DNA from: Calditrichaceae bacterium
GTDB lineage: Bacteria > Calditrichota > Calditrichia > Calditrichales > JBFXGD01
Length of the DNA stretch: 64,000 nt
Direction of reading: 5' to 3'
NCBI GenBank assembly: GCA_050173015.1
Contig: JBFXLE010000001.1
Coordinates: forward strand, 192,001 to 256,000
The notes under the pieces were generated by a model. That model did not search any database. It was not told the DNA's origin and saw only the letters and a program-made list of their open reading frames with translations. The position numbers and the translations under genes were made by a program. This document shows, one piece after another, positions 10,860-21,006 of this stretch. Each line of letters begins with the position of its first letter. Within the stretch, counting starts at the first letter, position 1.

Positions 10860-11333
10860 ATGCGGAAATTGATATATTTAATGGTTATTCAATCAATTTT
10901 TATTTTAAACGTTTTCGCGTCAGAAGATAAGGCGGCGGATTTTACACTGAAGGATCTTTCAGGGAAAGAATTTTCACTAAGTGATTACAAAGGGAAGGTT
11001 ATACTTATAAATTTCTGGGCGACCTGGTGCGGTCCTTGTCTTAAAGAGATGCCCGATCTTGAAAAATTATATCAGAATTATAAAGCCAAAGATTTTCAGA
11101 TTCTGGGTATCGCGGTAGCATCCAAGGAGAAGGATATTCCTAAAAAGGTGCAGAGTACCGGAGTGACCTATCCCATTTTGCTTGGGAACAATCAGACGGT
11201 TTCGGATTATGGTAGCTTCAGTTCTATCCCACAGTCTTTTATCATTGACCGGGACGGTTCAATCGTCATGCAGATTACGGGTAGCTGGCACTATGAGCAA
11301 TTTGAAGAGGCAGTTAAGGATCTGCTTGAATGA
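10860..11333 (+). CDS. TlpA/ResA-like thiol-disulfide oxidoreductase
   Basis: Signal peptide, NFWATWCGPC motif, IPQSFIID cis-Pro loop; start MRKLIY after AGGAG. Confidence 0.92.
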   Translation: MRKLIYLMVIQSIFILNVFASEDKAADFTLKDLSGKEFSLSDYKGKVILINFWATWCGPCLKEMPDLEKLYQNYKAKDFQILGIAVASKEKDIPKKVQSTGVTYPILLGNNQTVSDYGSFSSIPQSFIIDRDGSIVMQITGSWHYEQFEEAVKDLLE

Positions 11334-11414
11334 CGCAAAAAATCGGCGGGAATATTTGAGACGGAGTTTTATCTGATTATCATAAATTTTAGTCGGCAAA
11401 TTGAAATAATCAAC

Positions 11415-11861
11415 ATGTCCGGAACCGGTGACACAAAGCAGGAACTTCTCGCGAAATCGGATCCGGGTATGGATGTCATCGATGAACTCATGTTCCGGCT
11501 TTATCATCGTCCGGATGGTGACAGTGGAAAAATCGCCGGACTGGGAAAACTGTCGAAAACAGTCTGGAAGGTTCTGCAAGCTTGTTATGAGAACGGCGCT
11601 AACGAATCTGAACCCGTCATCAGGATTTTAAAAACCGCTTTCCGCCGGAGAATCGCCGAACCTGATATCATGTATACGGCGACCGGGTATATTGCCTATT
11701 CCGCTTATCAGCAGTACAAAAAAATTAAATACAACTCACCGCCGGCTGAATTTATTGCCGTAAGCGGCGCCGCGGTGACGAATTTATTTCTTCTAAAAAA
11801 AATTAAAACTCTTTTTTATCCAGTGTCTGTTAAAATTATAAACGATTTAATAATCATTTAA
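11415..11861 (+). CDS. Hypothetical protein
   Basis: 148 aa ORF co-oriented with tlpA; no recognised motif. Confidence 0.45.
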   Translation: MSGTGDTKQELLAKSDPGMDVIDELMFRLYHRPDGDSGKIAGLGKLSKTVWKVLQACYENGANESEPVIRILKTAFRRRIAEPDIMYTATGYIAYSAYQQYKKIKYNSPPAEFIAVSGAAVTNLFLLKKIKTLFYPVSVKIINDLIII

Positions 11862-12358
11862 GCCACATTATATTCCTTTTTGAATGTCATAATCAATTTT
11901 TTCTGAAATTACCATAAAAAACATTGAAATATATTTTAAAATTGGTTAATATCCATCTCTTTGTTAAGTGAGCACTAACTTAGTTGTAGAGGATTAAAGG
12001 CGGCAATGAAGTTTAATCCAATTTTTATATTCTATTTAACTCAACTTTTTTTTCAAAGCGCCGATAACTCATAGTCTCATAATTATTTAGCATAATGAGA
12101 ATATTTACAGGTGCTTATTCTCATACGCAGGTTTAAAAGCTTATTTTTTAAGTCTTTAACGATGGTGATCCATTGTTTAGATTTCAGATTCATTTTTAAT
12201 CACAAGTTCTGGGGAGGGGAAATGCATTGGCATTCTGCATCCAAAATGACGCGCGCCGTTTTTTTTTGAGATGTAAGTGACGTGGCGGAGCTGTGCCCGG
12301 CCCTCTTTATAGATTTTGTAAAAATTATTTAACATCTAAAAAAATTAAAGGTTTTGTG

Positions 12359-14632
12359 ATGAAGTATAGCCTATGTATTCTGTTTACTGCATTCATATTT
12401 ACGGCGACTTTACAGGCTCAAACACTAGACGATCTTAGGCAGATAGAAAATCTAAAGAGACAATTGGAGAAAGCGGGGGACATACCAACTAAAACTATTC
12501 CTGAATCCACGACGGTACGTTCGCTTGAGGTGTTTCAGGATTCGGTTTCCGTGATCCCCAAACCTGATCAGGCGGAGGGCGACAGCGGTAAGGTTGAAAA
12601 AGATAAAACTGAAGTCGCGGAAAATCCATTCTCTGAGCTACCTGTGTTTGGGTTTGATCTGTTCAAAAACGCGAATTTAAATTTCAATCCGGAGGTTTAC
12701 GGACCGGTGGATGCGGATTATCCCATCGGCGCCGGTGATCAAATCATTATCTCATTATGGGGTGAAGTTGAGTTAAGGCATGATCTGACGGTGGACAGGA
12801 ATGGTCAGATTTTTATACCGGATGTGGGTCTTGTAAAGGCAAGCGGTTTTACTCTCGGTGATTTGAAGAAGAAGCTGGTTCAGGTAATGGGCCGCTCCTA
12901 TTCTTCTCTCCTGAAAAATAAAGCGTATCTCGATGTTTCGCTTGGTAAACTTAGATCAATTCGATTGTTTGTTGTCGGCGATGTTAATAAGCCGGGAGTG
13001 TTTACGGTGCCGGCTCTAACTTCAGCTTTTAATATGTTTTTCTATGCGGCGGGCATAAAAGAAACCGGTTCACTCAGGAGAATCTCGTTAGTTCGAAATG
13101 ATGAGGAGGTTGAAATACTGGATATATATGATTTTCTCAATCATGGAAAACAATTCTCAAGCATCCGGCTGCAGCAAAATGATGTCATTGTCGTCCCTAC
13201 CGCGGTTAAGCATGTTTATCTCGCCGGCGCTGCAAATAAAAAAGCCATTTTTGAATTGAAAGATGACGAGGGCTTATTAGAGCTTATCAAATTTGCAGGA
13301 GGTTTTAAAGATAACGCGTACATGGAACAGATACAGATTGAACGGTACTCGGCAAATAAGGATCGAAAATTAATAGACGTGAACTATAAACATTTAATTT
13401 CAGACAACAGAAATTTTACTCTTGAAAACGGTGATCGAGTTCTAGTTAATAAATTAAATCGAGATATTGAAAATTTTGTTACGATCGATGGTCCTATCTA
13501 CGGTCCGAAGAAATTTGAATATATGCCGGGAATGACCGTAGGCGAATTGTTTGCGAAGGTAGATAGTGTACGCGGGGACGCGTTTCTGGAGCGAATTCAT
13601 ATCACACGAACCTTGCCGGACAGAAAGAAGCAGGTATTTTCCATAAATTTAAAGATGATTCTGGAAAAAGCGCAGAACGACTTTGACCTGGCGGCTCAGG
13701 ATCACATCAGTATCAAATCAAAATCAGATCTTTTTCCACCCGATTCGGTTTCGATATACGGCGCTGTAAATAGCCCGGGGAAATATTTGTTAAAGAAAAG
13801 TATGACTTTGAGAGATCTGGTTTTTGATGCAGGCGGCTTCAGAAAGGACGCCAAAATAATGGAGACGGAGATTTCCAGGGTTGACCCGCAGAATTCAATG
13901 AGTGACAGTTTGGCGACCATTCTGTATGTGGCGGTTGATACCAATTATGTCAAGGAAAAATTGACAGACGATCAGGCGTTTTATTTGCAGGCGTATGACA
14001 ATGTGTTTGTGCGCGCGAACAGCGATTGGGAATTGCAGCGCAATGTGATGGTCAAAGGTGAAGTCAATCTGCCCGGAACTTATACGCTGCGCAGCAAGAA
14101 TGAGCGCATCACCGATATTGTTAAAAGAGCAGGCGGTTTAAAGCCGACCTCCTATTTGAAGGGCGCCACCCTCGTAAGGAATCAGGATAACGCCGGTAAA
14201 ATAGGGCTTGATTTTGAAAGGATTTTTAAAAATCCAAAGGATGAAGATAATATTTATCTGATTGACGGCGATGTAATCACCATACCGGAGCAACTGCATA
14301 CCGTCAAAGTTGCCGGGGGCGTCAATTTTCCGAGCAGTGTTTTGTTTGAAAAGGGTAAGGGAGCGGGGTATTATATCAATTCCGCCGGTGGTTTTTCAGA
14401 GCTGGCCAATGAGAAGAATGTATCCGTACGCCTGGCAAATGGCCGTGTGTTTAAACAAAAACGGTTCCTGTTCTGGAAATACTGGCCAAAGGATATCACC
14501 GCCGGGAGTACCATTTATGTGCCGACCTTCGCGGAAAAACCGCGAACGGACTGGTCCGGCGCCATTCGCGACGCCGCGGCCATTCTGAGCAGCGTGGCCA
14601 CGACGATTCTGATTATTAATGAGGTAAAGTAG
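12359..14632 (+). CDS. Polysaccharide export protein with multiple SLBB domains (Wza/KpsD-like)
   Basis: Signal peptide, YPIGAGD..ISLWG poly_export motif, repeated V.G.V..PG.Y SLBB units; start MKYSLC. Confidence 0.9.
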   Translation: MKYSLCILFTAFIFTATLQAQTLDDLRQIENLKRQLEKAGDIPTKTIPESTTVRSLEVFQDSVSVIPKPDQAEGDSGKVEKDKTEVAENPFSELPVFGFDLFKNANLNFNPEVYGPVDADYPIGAGDQIIISLWGEVELRHDLTVDRNGQIFIPDVGLVKASGFTLGDLKKKLVQVMGRSYSSLLKNKAYLDVSLGKLRSIRLFVVGDVNKPGVFTVPALTSAFNMFFYAAGIKETGSLRRISLVRNDEEVEILDIYDFLNHGKQFSSIRLQQNDVIVVPTAVKHVYLAGAANKKAIFELKDDEGLLELIKFAGGFKDNAYMEQIQIERYSANKDRKLIDVNYKHLISDNRNFTLENGDRVLVNKLNRDIENFVTIDGPIYGPKKFEYMPGMTVGELFAKVDSVRGDAFLERIHITRTLPDRKKQVFSINLKMILEKAQNDFDLAAQDHISIKSKSDLFPPDSVSIYGAVNSPGKYLLKKSMTLRDLVFDAGGFRKDAKIMETEISRVDPQNSMSDSLATILYVAVDTNYVKEKLTDDQAFYLQAYDNVFVRANSDWELQRNVMVKGEVNLPGTYTLRSKNERITDIVKRAGGLKPTSYLKGATLVRNQDNAGKIGLDFERIFKNPKDEDNIYLIDGDVITIPEQLHTVKVAGGVNFPSSVLFEKGKGAGYYINSAGGFSELANEKNVSVRLANGRVFKQKRFLFWKYWPKDITAGSTIYVPTFAEKPRTDWSGAIRDAAAILSSVATTILIINEVK

Positions 14633-14729
14633 CGTTCCGGGATTACCTGTTTCGTATTGCACACAACAGGGTAAAACTTTCTTAATATACCGAATGCATA
14701 AAACAGTATTTTGATTACAGGATTATCAA

Positions 14730-15767
14730 ATGATTGACAAAGATTCCGAAAAAAAGGACATTGAAGTTAAGGAGGCCGCGGCAGCGGGTTCGGGTGACGA
14801 GATCGATTTAATGGAGCTGATCGCGGTGCTCTGGCAAGGCCGCAAAAAAATCATATATATCACTTCCGCGTTTACGATTATCGGAATATTATACGCCTTT
14901 TTGGCCACACCCTGGTATGAAGCCACGGTAAAAATTATGCCCGGCAGCAAATCCGGAAACAGTATGTTGAGTCAATATGCCGGTTTGGCGGCGATGGCGG
15001 GAATCAGTCTGCCTTCATCTGGCGGTAATGAACAGTTATATCCTGAAATCATAAAATCAAATTTTGTACTGGATCGCGTATTGGAGCATAAATTCCAAAC
15101 GGCCACATACGAAAAGCCGGTCACATTGTTTGACTTTTGGGAAACCGAACTAGATTCGAGTGAAAAAGATTGGCAACATGTTCTTTTTGAAAATTCAAAG
15201 AGAACCTTGCGGGATAACTATATCGATATAAGCGTTGATAAAATGACGAATTTGCTGACGATGAAAGTTTCTGCTCCGGATGATCCGGTGTTAGCCGCGA
15301 GTCTCGCTAACTTTATGGCGGAGCAATTAGATCTCTATAACCGGAAATTTAGAAAGAATAAAGCCTCCGAACAGCGTCAATTTATTGAGAAAAGCCTTTA
15401 TGAAAATAAATCCAAATTTACAGAGGCGGAGAATAATCTAAGAAGATTCCGGGAAGAAAACCGTGATTTGGGGTCACCGGATAAACAGCTTCTGCATGAA
15501 AGGCTTCAAACTGAATTGGAAGTCCAGAGAAATCTCTACATCGAACTAACAAAACAGTTGGAAATCGCAAAGATTGAAGAGTTTAAAGAGATGGAAACGG
15601 TGGATATTTTGGAAAAGGCTGAAGTACCGGTGTACCGAATAAAACCTAAAAGAAAATTGCTTGTGCTTATGATGTTTGTTCTTGGGGCAATAAGTTCTAT
15701 TTTTTATGTTTTTGGATTAAGGTTATGGGATTCTAATTATAATAAATTCTGGAAAATTTATGTATAA
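14730..15767 (+). CDS. wzz: Wzz-type chain length determinant
   Basis: DEIDLMELIAVLW N-terminus, two TM segments, coiled coil, KPKRKLL before the C-terminal TM. Confidence 0.88.
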   Translation: MIDKDSEKKDIEVKEAAAAGSGDEIDLMELIAVLWQGRKKIIYITSAFTIIGILYAFLATPWYEATVKIMPGSKSGNSMLSQYAGLAAMAGISLPSSGGNEQLYPEIIKSNFVLDRVLEHKFQTATYEKPVTLFDFWETELDSSEKDWQHVLFENSKRTLRDNYIDISVDKMTNLLTMKVSAPDDPVLAASLANFMAEQLDLYNRKFRKNKASEQRQFIEKSLYENKSKFTEAENNLRRFREENRDLGSPDKQLLHERLQTELEVQRNLYIELTKQLEIAKIEEFKEMETVDILEKAEVPVYRIKPKRKLLVLMMFVLGAISSIFYVFGLRLWDSNYNKFWKIYV

Positions 15768-16058
15768 GGAATTAGCCTCTCTTTTTATACCATAAAATTA
15801 TCTATGTATGTTTTCTATATTTCTTATGTTATTTTTTCCGAATTTGATGATCGTACTGATAAGTAAATTTAATATTAAAAAACAATGCTGTTTGAGAGTT
15901 AGTCAAAAGTTTAATTATAAACAACAATTTAAAAATATTAATTAATATCAATTTTAGAATAAGATACTTAATAAATTATCACCATAAAAAAATATTTCAA
16001 ATCTCTAAAAAGTCAATTAGAAATGCTGAACCATACATTGAATAAAGTTTGAGGAAAT

Positions 16059-17177
16059 ATGAAAATTACGCATTCTAAAATCGAAAGTGAACGATTTAAA
16101 ATCAATGTCCACCGAGGATCATTTGAAAATTTTAGACCGAGTGAGTTGAAAAAGTATATAATAGAGAATACTGTTGATTTGTTAATATTGCGTTTACCGA
16201 GTAAAAATAAAGTTTACCAGGAGAAATTAGAGAAACTGGGATTTGATTCTATCCATGCAGATAGTCTGGTGTATTATTCAAAAGATTTGACTAAATCGGA
16301 TATACAGAAACCACAAAATCAATTGGATTTTGAAGTTGTAACGCAAGACAATCAGAGATTTTTTGATGAGATTATTCCTGTAATTTTTAAAGATTATCAA
16401 AATCATTATTTCTCAAATCCATTCTTAAATCCAACCGACATTAATGATGGGTATGTAGAATGGGCAAAAAATTATGTTGCCAATGATAATAATCGAATCG
16501 CCTGGTATGTTAAATCTGAAGATAGGATTGCAGGTTTTGCAACTTGTTCGTTTGACCCTCTAATCATGGAATGCGAGGGTGTTCTTTATGGAGTTATGCC
16601 TGGTTTCGAAGGAAAGGGAATTTATTCTGATATCATGAGATTTACACAAGATTATTTTAAAAAACTTGGATACAAGAAAATGCTTGTATCTACTCAAATT
16701 CAAAATTATGCTGTCCAGAAAGTTTGGGTTCGCGAAAATTTTTTTCTGACTCACTCATTTGAAACTTATCATATTAATTCAATGCTGGAATATTCAGTGA
16801 ATGAAAAAAAAGTATTTAAAATAGAAATTACTAAAAAAGAACTGAACGAATTTGCTGAATACTCTGGTGATTATAACAGCGTCCATTTTGATGCTGAATA
16901 TGCTAGAAGTTTAGGATTTGAAGATCGTATAGTGCATGGGATGATTATTCAGGCAAAATTATCAAAAATTTTTGGAACAGACTACCCTGGGCAAGGGACC
17001 CTGTTCATGTCCAATAAAAATTTATTTATAAAACCAATGTATCTTGGCGTTGAGTATTCAATAATTATTTCTACTACAAAAATTGACCAAAATGGAGTAA
17101 TTCAGGTTTTGGCGAAAATTCTTGATAGCAGTAGTAACCTCTGCCTTCTGTCATATAATTATTTGGTGAAACGATGA
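16059..17177 (+). CDS. GNAT acyltransferase (WecD-like) fused to a MaoC-like hotdog hydratase
   Basis: GVMPGFEGKGIY acyl-CoA motif and VSTQIQNYAVQKVW (WecD-like); C-terminal FAEYSGDYNSVHFD...IVHGM...PGQGT (MaoC/PhaJ). Confidence 0.8.
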   Translation: MKITHSKIESERFKINVHRGSFENFRPSELKKYIIENTVDLLILRLPSKNKVYQEKLEKLGFDSIHADSLVYYSKDLTKSDIQKPQNQLDFEVVTQDNQRFFDEIIPVIFKDYQNHYFSNPFLNPTDINDGYVEWAKNYVANDNNRIAWYVKSEDRIAGFATCSFDPLIMECEGVLYGVMPGFEGKGIYSDIMRFTQDYFKKLGYKKMLVSTQIQNYAVQKVWVRENFFLTHSFETYHINSMLEYSVNEKKVFKIEITKKELNEFAEYSGDYNSVHFDAEYARSLGFEDRIVHGMIIQAKLSKIFGTDYPGQGTLFMSNKNLFIKPMYLGVEYSIIISTTKIDQNGVIQVLAKILDSSSNLCLLSYNYLVKR

Positions 17178-18307
17178 CCACTTTTATACCGTACAATAAG
17201 CCATACCTCACCGGTAAAGAGATGCATTATATATATCAAGCAGTTTACTCTGGGAAAATATCCGGTAATGGTATATTTACTAAAAAATGCAATGAGTTTT
17301 TTGAAACTAAATATGGTTTCAAAAAAGCCTTGCTAACTACATCCTGTACTGATGCTTTGGAAATGAGTGCCATGCTGACAGATATACAACCTGGAGACGA
17401 GGTCATTATACCCTCTTACACATTTGTATCAACCGCTTTGGCATTTGTAAGGCAAGGTGCAAAGATCATTTTTGCAGATAGCCGGAAAGATCACCCGGGG
17501 ATTGATGAAGACAAAATAGAAGAACTTATTACGCCTAAAACTAAAGTAATTGTCCCGGTACATTATGCTGGTGTTGCCTGTGATATGGATAAAATAATGG
17601 CAATTGCTAATAAATATAATTTATTGGTCATTGAGGATGCAGCACAAGCAATAGATTCCTTTTATAAGGGTAGACCGCTAGGTAGCATTGGGCACATGAG
17701 TACGTTTTCATTCCATGAGACAAAGAACATTAATGCTGGGGAAGGAGGCCTGTTAGTAATTAATGATGACCGATTTATTCACCGTGCTGAAATAATATGG
17801 GAAAAAGGAACTAATCGTGCTGAGTTCTTTCGGGGAGAAATAAATAAATACGGATGGATTGATTTAGGATCGTCGTTTCTCCCATCAGAAATTATTGCAG
17901 CTTATTTGTGGGCTCAATTGGAAAATTTGGAGGAAATACAAAGCAGGCGTAAAAAAATATGGGAAAAATATTATGATGATCTAAAAGGGTGGGCAAATAA
18001 ACAAGAAATTGGTTTACCTTTTATCCCAGAATATGCAACCAACAATGGTCATATTTTTTATCTGGTATGCAATAGCCAAAAACAAAGAGAGTACATAATT
18101 AATTATTTAAGAAATAATAATATTCATGCAGTTTTTCATTATTTAAGTCTTCACAAAAGTGCGTTCATCAAAAAGCTGTATTCAGAATTACAAGAATTAT
18201 ATTATTCGGATCTTTATTCTGAAAATTTAATAAGACTCCCATTGTTTTTTGAACTTACGAGTGAAGAACAACAACAGATAATTAAAATACTGAAAAAGAT
18301 TATATAA
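17174..18307 (+). CDS. wecE: dTDP-4-amino-4,6-dideoxygalactose transaminase
   Basis: SCTDALEM, SFHETKN, EKGTNR, GSSFLPSE are WecE/RffA hallmarks. Confidence 0.88.
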   Translation: MTTFIPYNKPYLTGKEMHYIYQAVYSGKISGNGIFTKKCNEFFETKYGFKKALLTTSCTDALEMSAMLTDIQPGDEVIIPSYTFVSTALAFVRQGAKIIFADSRKDHPGIDEDKIEELITPKTKVIVPVHYAGVACDMDKIMAIANKYNLLVIEDAAQAIDSFYKGRPLGSIGHMSTFSFHETKNINAGEGGLLVINDDRFIHRAEIIWEKGTNRAEFFRGEINKYGWIDLGSSFLPSEIIAAYLWAQLENLEEIQSRRKKIWEKYYDDLKGWANKQEIGLPFIPEYATNNGHIFYLVCNSQKQREYIINYLRNNNIHAVFHYLSLHKSAFIKKLYSELQELYYSDLYSENLIRLPLFFELTSEEQQQIIKILKKII

Positions 18308-19482
18308 TGATTTTACATTTTGTTAAAGATGAAAAAGTTGTTGATCAAATAATTGAAAATTTTAGTCGTGTTTATGATCAAAATATTTTTCTAGTTTTCT
18401 GTAGAGATGTGGATGGACATTTGTTTAGACATATTAAACACACAGAGAAAGTTCAATGTTTTGATCCGATTGATAATAATATTAATAATGTAATAGCCAA
18501 GAATAAAGTAAGATCAATCCTGGTGCATGGATTATTTGTAGAATTTATAGAAACTATATTAAAAATAGAAAAAGAATTACGTATTGGTTGGTATGTATGG
18601 GGATTTGATCTTTATGGCTTACCGAAAATAAGGCCTGAGATATACGCTCCAATTACGGATCAGTTTTTAATGAAAAATACTAAATTATTGAGACTTAGGC
18701 GAGTGCTGAGAAAGAATAGAATTGCCAGAAAATTTTACTATCAAATTTTGGTGAATAAAGTTGATCCGTTGGAATTCAGGTTTAAAGCATTGGTGAAAAT
18801 GCAATTTTTTATTTCTTATCTAAAAGAAGATTATGATTATTTTGGCCGATATTATAAAAATAATTTAACATTTATAGATACTCCCTTTAGTACCATTGAC
18901 CAATACCTAGCCGGAAATCGAGGGGAAAAATTAGATTCCAATGCAAAAAATATACTTATTGGGAATTCAAATTCTCCTGAATCTAATCATCTGGATGTAC
19001 TTCTTATGCTAAAAAATACTTTGTCGAAAAGTGAGTTAGCAAATATCGACATTTATGTGCCATTGAGTTATGGCGAGAATGATAAATATAAAGATGAAAT
19101 AATAGGAACCGGTAAATCATTTTTCAGAGATATTTTTAAACCAATGTTAACTTTTATGGATAGAGATTCCTACATGAATGTGCTTTTGTCTTGTTCTATT
19201 GGCATATTTTTTCACTATAGACAACAGGCGATGGGAAACATAATTGCAATGCTGTGGTTTGGCTCCAGAATCTATTTATCAAAAAAAAATCCTGCATATT
19301 ATTTTTTCAAAAGAAAGAATATGCATGTTTTTGATCTTGAAAGTGAATTTTCGATATATAAACTCGCACCTTTAGATGATAATCAAATTAAGGAGAATAG
19401 AACACAATTGAATAATATGTTTTCTGGTGATAATATAGATAATGGATTGAAAGTGCTTATACAAGTATTATTAGATGAATAA
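18307..19482 (+). CDS. TDP-Fuc4N-acyl transferase-like glycosyltransferase (WecF/GT56-like)
   Basis: ILIGNSNSPESNHL, VPLSYG, RQQAMGN resemble the WecF family; follows wecE. Confidence 0.72.
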   Translation: MILHFVKDEKVVDQIIENFSRVYDQNIFLVFCRDVDGHLFRHIKHTEKVQCFDPIDNNINNVIAKNKVRSILVHGLFVEFIETILKIEKELRIGWYVWGFDLYGLPKIRPEIYAPITDQFLMKNTKLLRLRRVLRKNRIARKFYYQILVNKVDPLEFRFKALVKMQFFISYLKEDYDYFGRYYKNNLTFIDTPFSTIDQYLAGNRGEKLDSNAKNILIGNSNSPESNHLDVLLMLKNTLSKSELANIDIYVPLSYGENDKYKDEIIGTGKSFFRDIFKPMLTFMDRDSYMNVLLSCSIGIFFHYRQQAMGNIIAMLWFGSRIYLSKKNPAYYFFKRKNMHVFDLESEFSIYKLAPLDDNQIKENRTQLNNMFSGDNIDNGLKVLIQVLLDE

Positions 19483-20914
19483 TGATAACCTAAAAGATAA
19501 AACGATAAATGGCGTAAAATGGACTACGATATCAACTATCGTCCTTGCCATTGCGGGATTGTTAAAAATATCAGTTTTGGCGCGTTTTTTAGAACCATCT
19601 GATTTTGGGCTCATGGCCCTAATTACTTTTGTCTTAGGTTTTTTAAATTTATTTATGGATATGGGCTTAACTTCTGCCATTCTGCATAAACAAGATATTT
19701 CAAAATCTGAATATTCGAGTTTATTTTTTTTAAATATAATTTTTAGTTTAATTTTGTTTTGCTTGATCGTTCTGGTAAGCCCTATATTTGCAAGTTTTTA
19801 CAAAGAGACTGAGCTCGCTGTGTTAATACCTTTAATGTCTATAAGCATAATAATCTCTGCTCTTGGAGGACAATTCAAAACAGTAGAGCAAAAAAATCTA
19901 AATTTTAAATTTATTTCAAGCATAGATATTCCAAGTGCATTTGCGGGATTGATTAGTGGAGTTGTTCTCGCGTATTTTAATTTTGGTGTTTATGCATTGG
20001 TATATAGTGCGCTCATCCAATATGCATTATCAAATATGACTTACTTCATAAAAGGAGTATCTAAAAAAAGGATAGTGTTCCATTTTAACTTTAGAGAAAC
20101 GAAACGTTTCTTAAAAATTGGTATTTACCAGGTTGGTGGTCAATTTATCAATTATATGAATCGGGATCTTGACGTGTTAATTATCGGAAAGTTTTTTGGA
20201 GCGGATGTCTTGGGTGGATATAGTTTAGCAAAGCAATTGGTTAGAAGACCTCTGCAAATTATAAATCCCATAGTTACGAAAGTTGGAATTTCAGTATTAC
20301 CTCGATTTCAAAATGATAATAAATTGCTTAGAAGATTTTTCTTAAAATTATTTAATGGTCTTGGTTCAATTAACGCATTTGTATATGGATTTGCAGCTAT
20401 CATGGCGAATTATCTTGTATTGCTCTTTTATGGGGAAGAGTTTTTGAAAATTACCAAATTAGTTCAGTGGTTCGCGATCCTTATATTTTTAAGATCGATG
20501 GGTAATCTTGTAGGTTTGCTTGTGATTACTAAAGGGCGAACCGACTATGAATTTTATTGGAATATTATGGTATCATTGCTAATGCCGGCTTCGATAATAA
20601 TTGGCGTAATGTATTCAGTAGAAGTAGTCATCATTTTGATGGCGATTGTTCAAATACTATTAGTGATACCAAGCTGGTTTATATTCTATAAAAGATTGAT
20701 TAATTTAAATTTGTTTGCATTTATCAAAGTCAATTTTTCATATTTAATTATTGCTGCTCTGTTTGTTCTTCTTAGCCAGGCAATATTTATTAATAGCATT
20801 ATATGGAAATTCACTACTTTGATCTTGATGGGAGTGATTTTATGCATCAACCTGTTCAGAGAATTAGAAGAGTTCCGATATTTAATAAGAAAAATAAAAA
20901 TGCGCTTAGTTTAG
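19475..20914 (+). CDS. wzx: MOP-family flippase (Wzx/WzxC-like)
   Basis: LARFLEPSDFGL, DMGLTSAI, many TM helices. Confidence 0.9.
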   Translation: MNNDNLKDKTINGVKWTTISTIVLAIAGLLKISVLARFLEPSDFGLMALITFVLGFLNLFMDMGLTSAILHKQDISKSEYSSLFFLNIIFSLILFCLIVLVSPIFASFYKETELAVLIPLMSISIIISALGGQFKTVEQKNLNFKFISSIDIPSAFAGLISGVVLAYFNFGVYALVYSALIQYALSNMTYFIKGVSKKRIVFHFNFRETKRFLKIGIYQVGGQFINYMNRDLDVLIIGKFFGADVLGGYSLAKQLVRRPLQIINPIVTKVGISVLPRFQNDNKLLRRFFLKLFNGLGSINAFVYGFAAIMANYLVLLFYGEEFLKITKLVQWFAILIFLRSMGNLVGLLVITKGRTDYEFYWNIMVSLLMPASIIIGVMYSVEVVIILMAIVQILLVIPSWFIFYKRLINLNLFAFIKVNFSYLIIAALFVLLSQAIFINSIIWKFTTLILMGVILCINLFRELEEFRYLIRKIKMRLV

Positions 20915-21006
20915 ATACTTAATTTGTTAAACATGTGCGATATAGATCAATCCTAATAATTAAAATGCTAAATTCTTAATATATAAATGAGATAAAAAGC
21001 TAAAAA

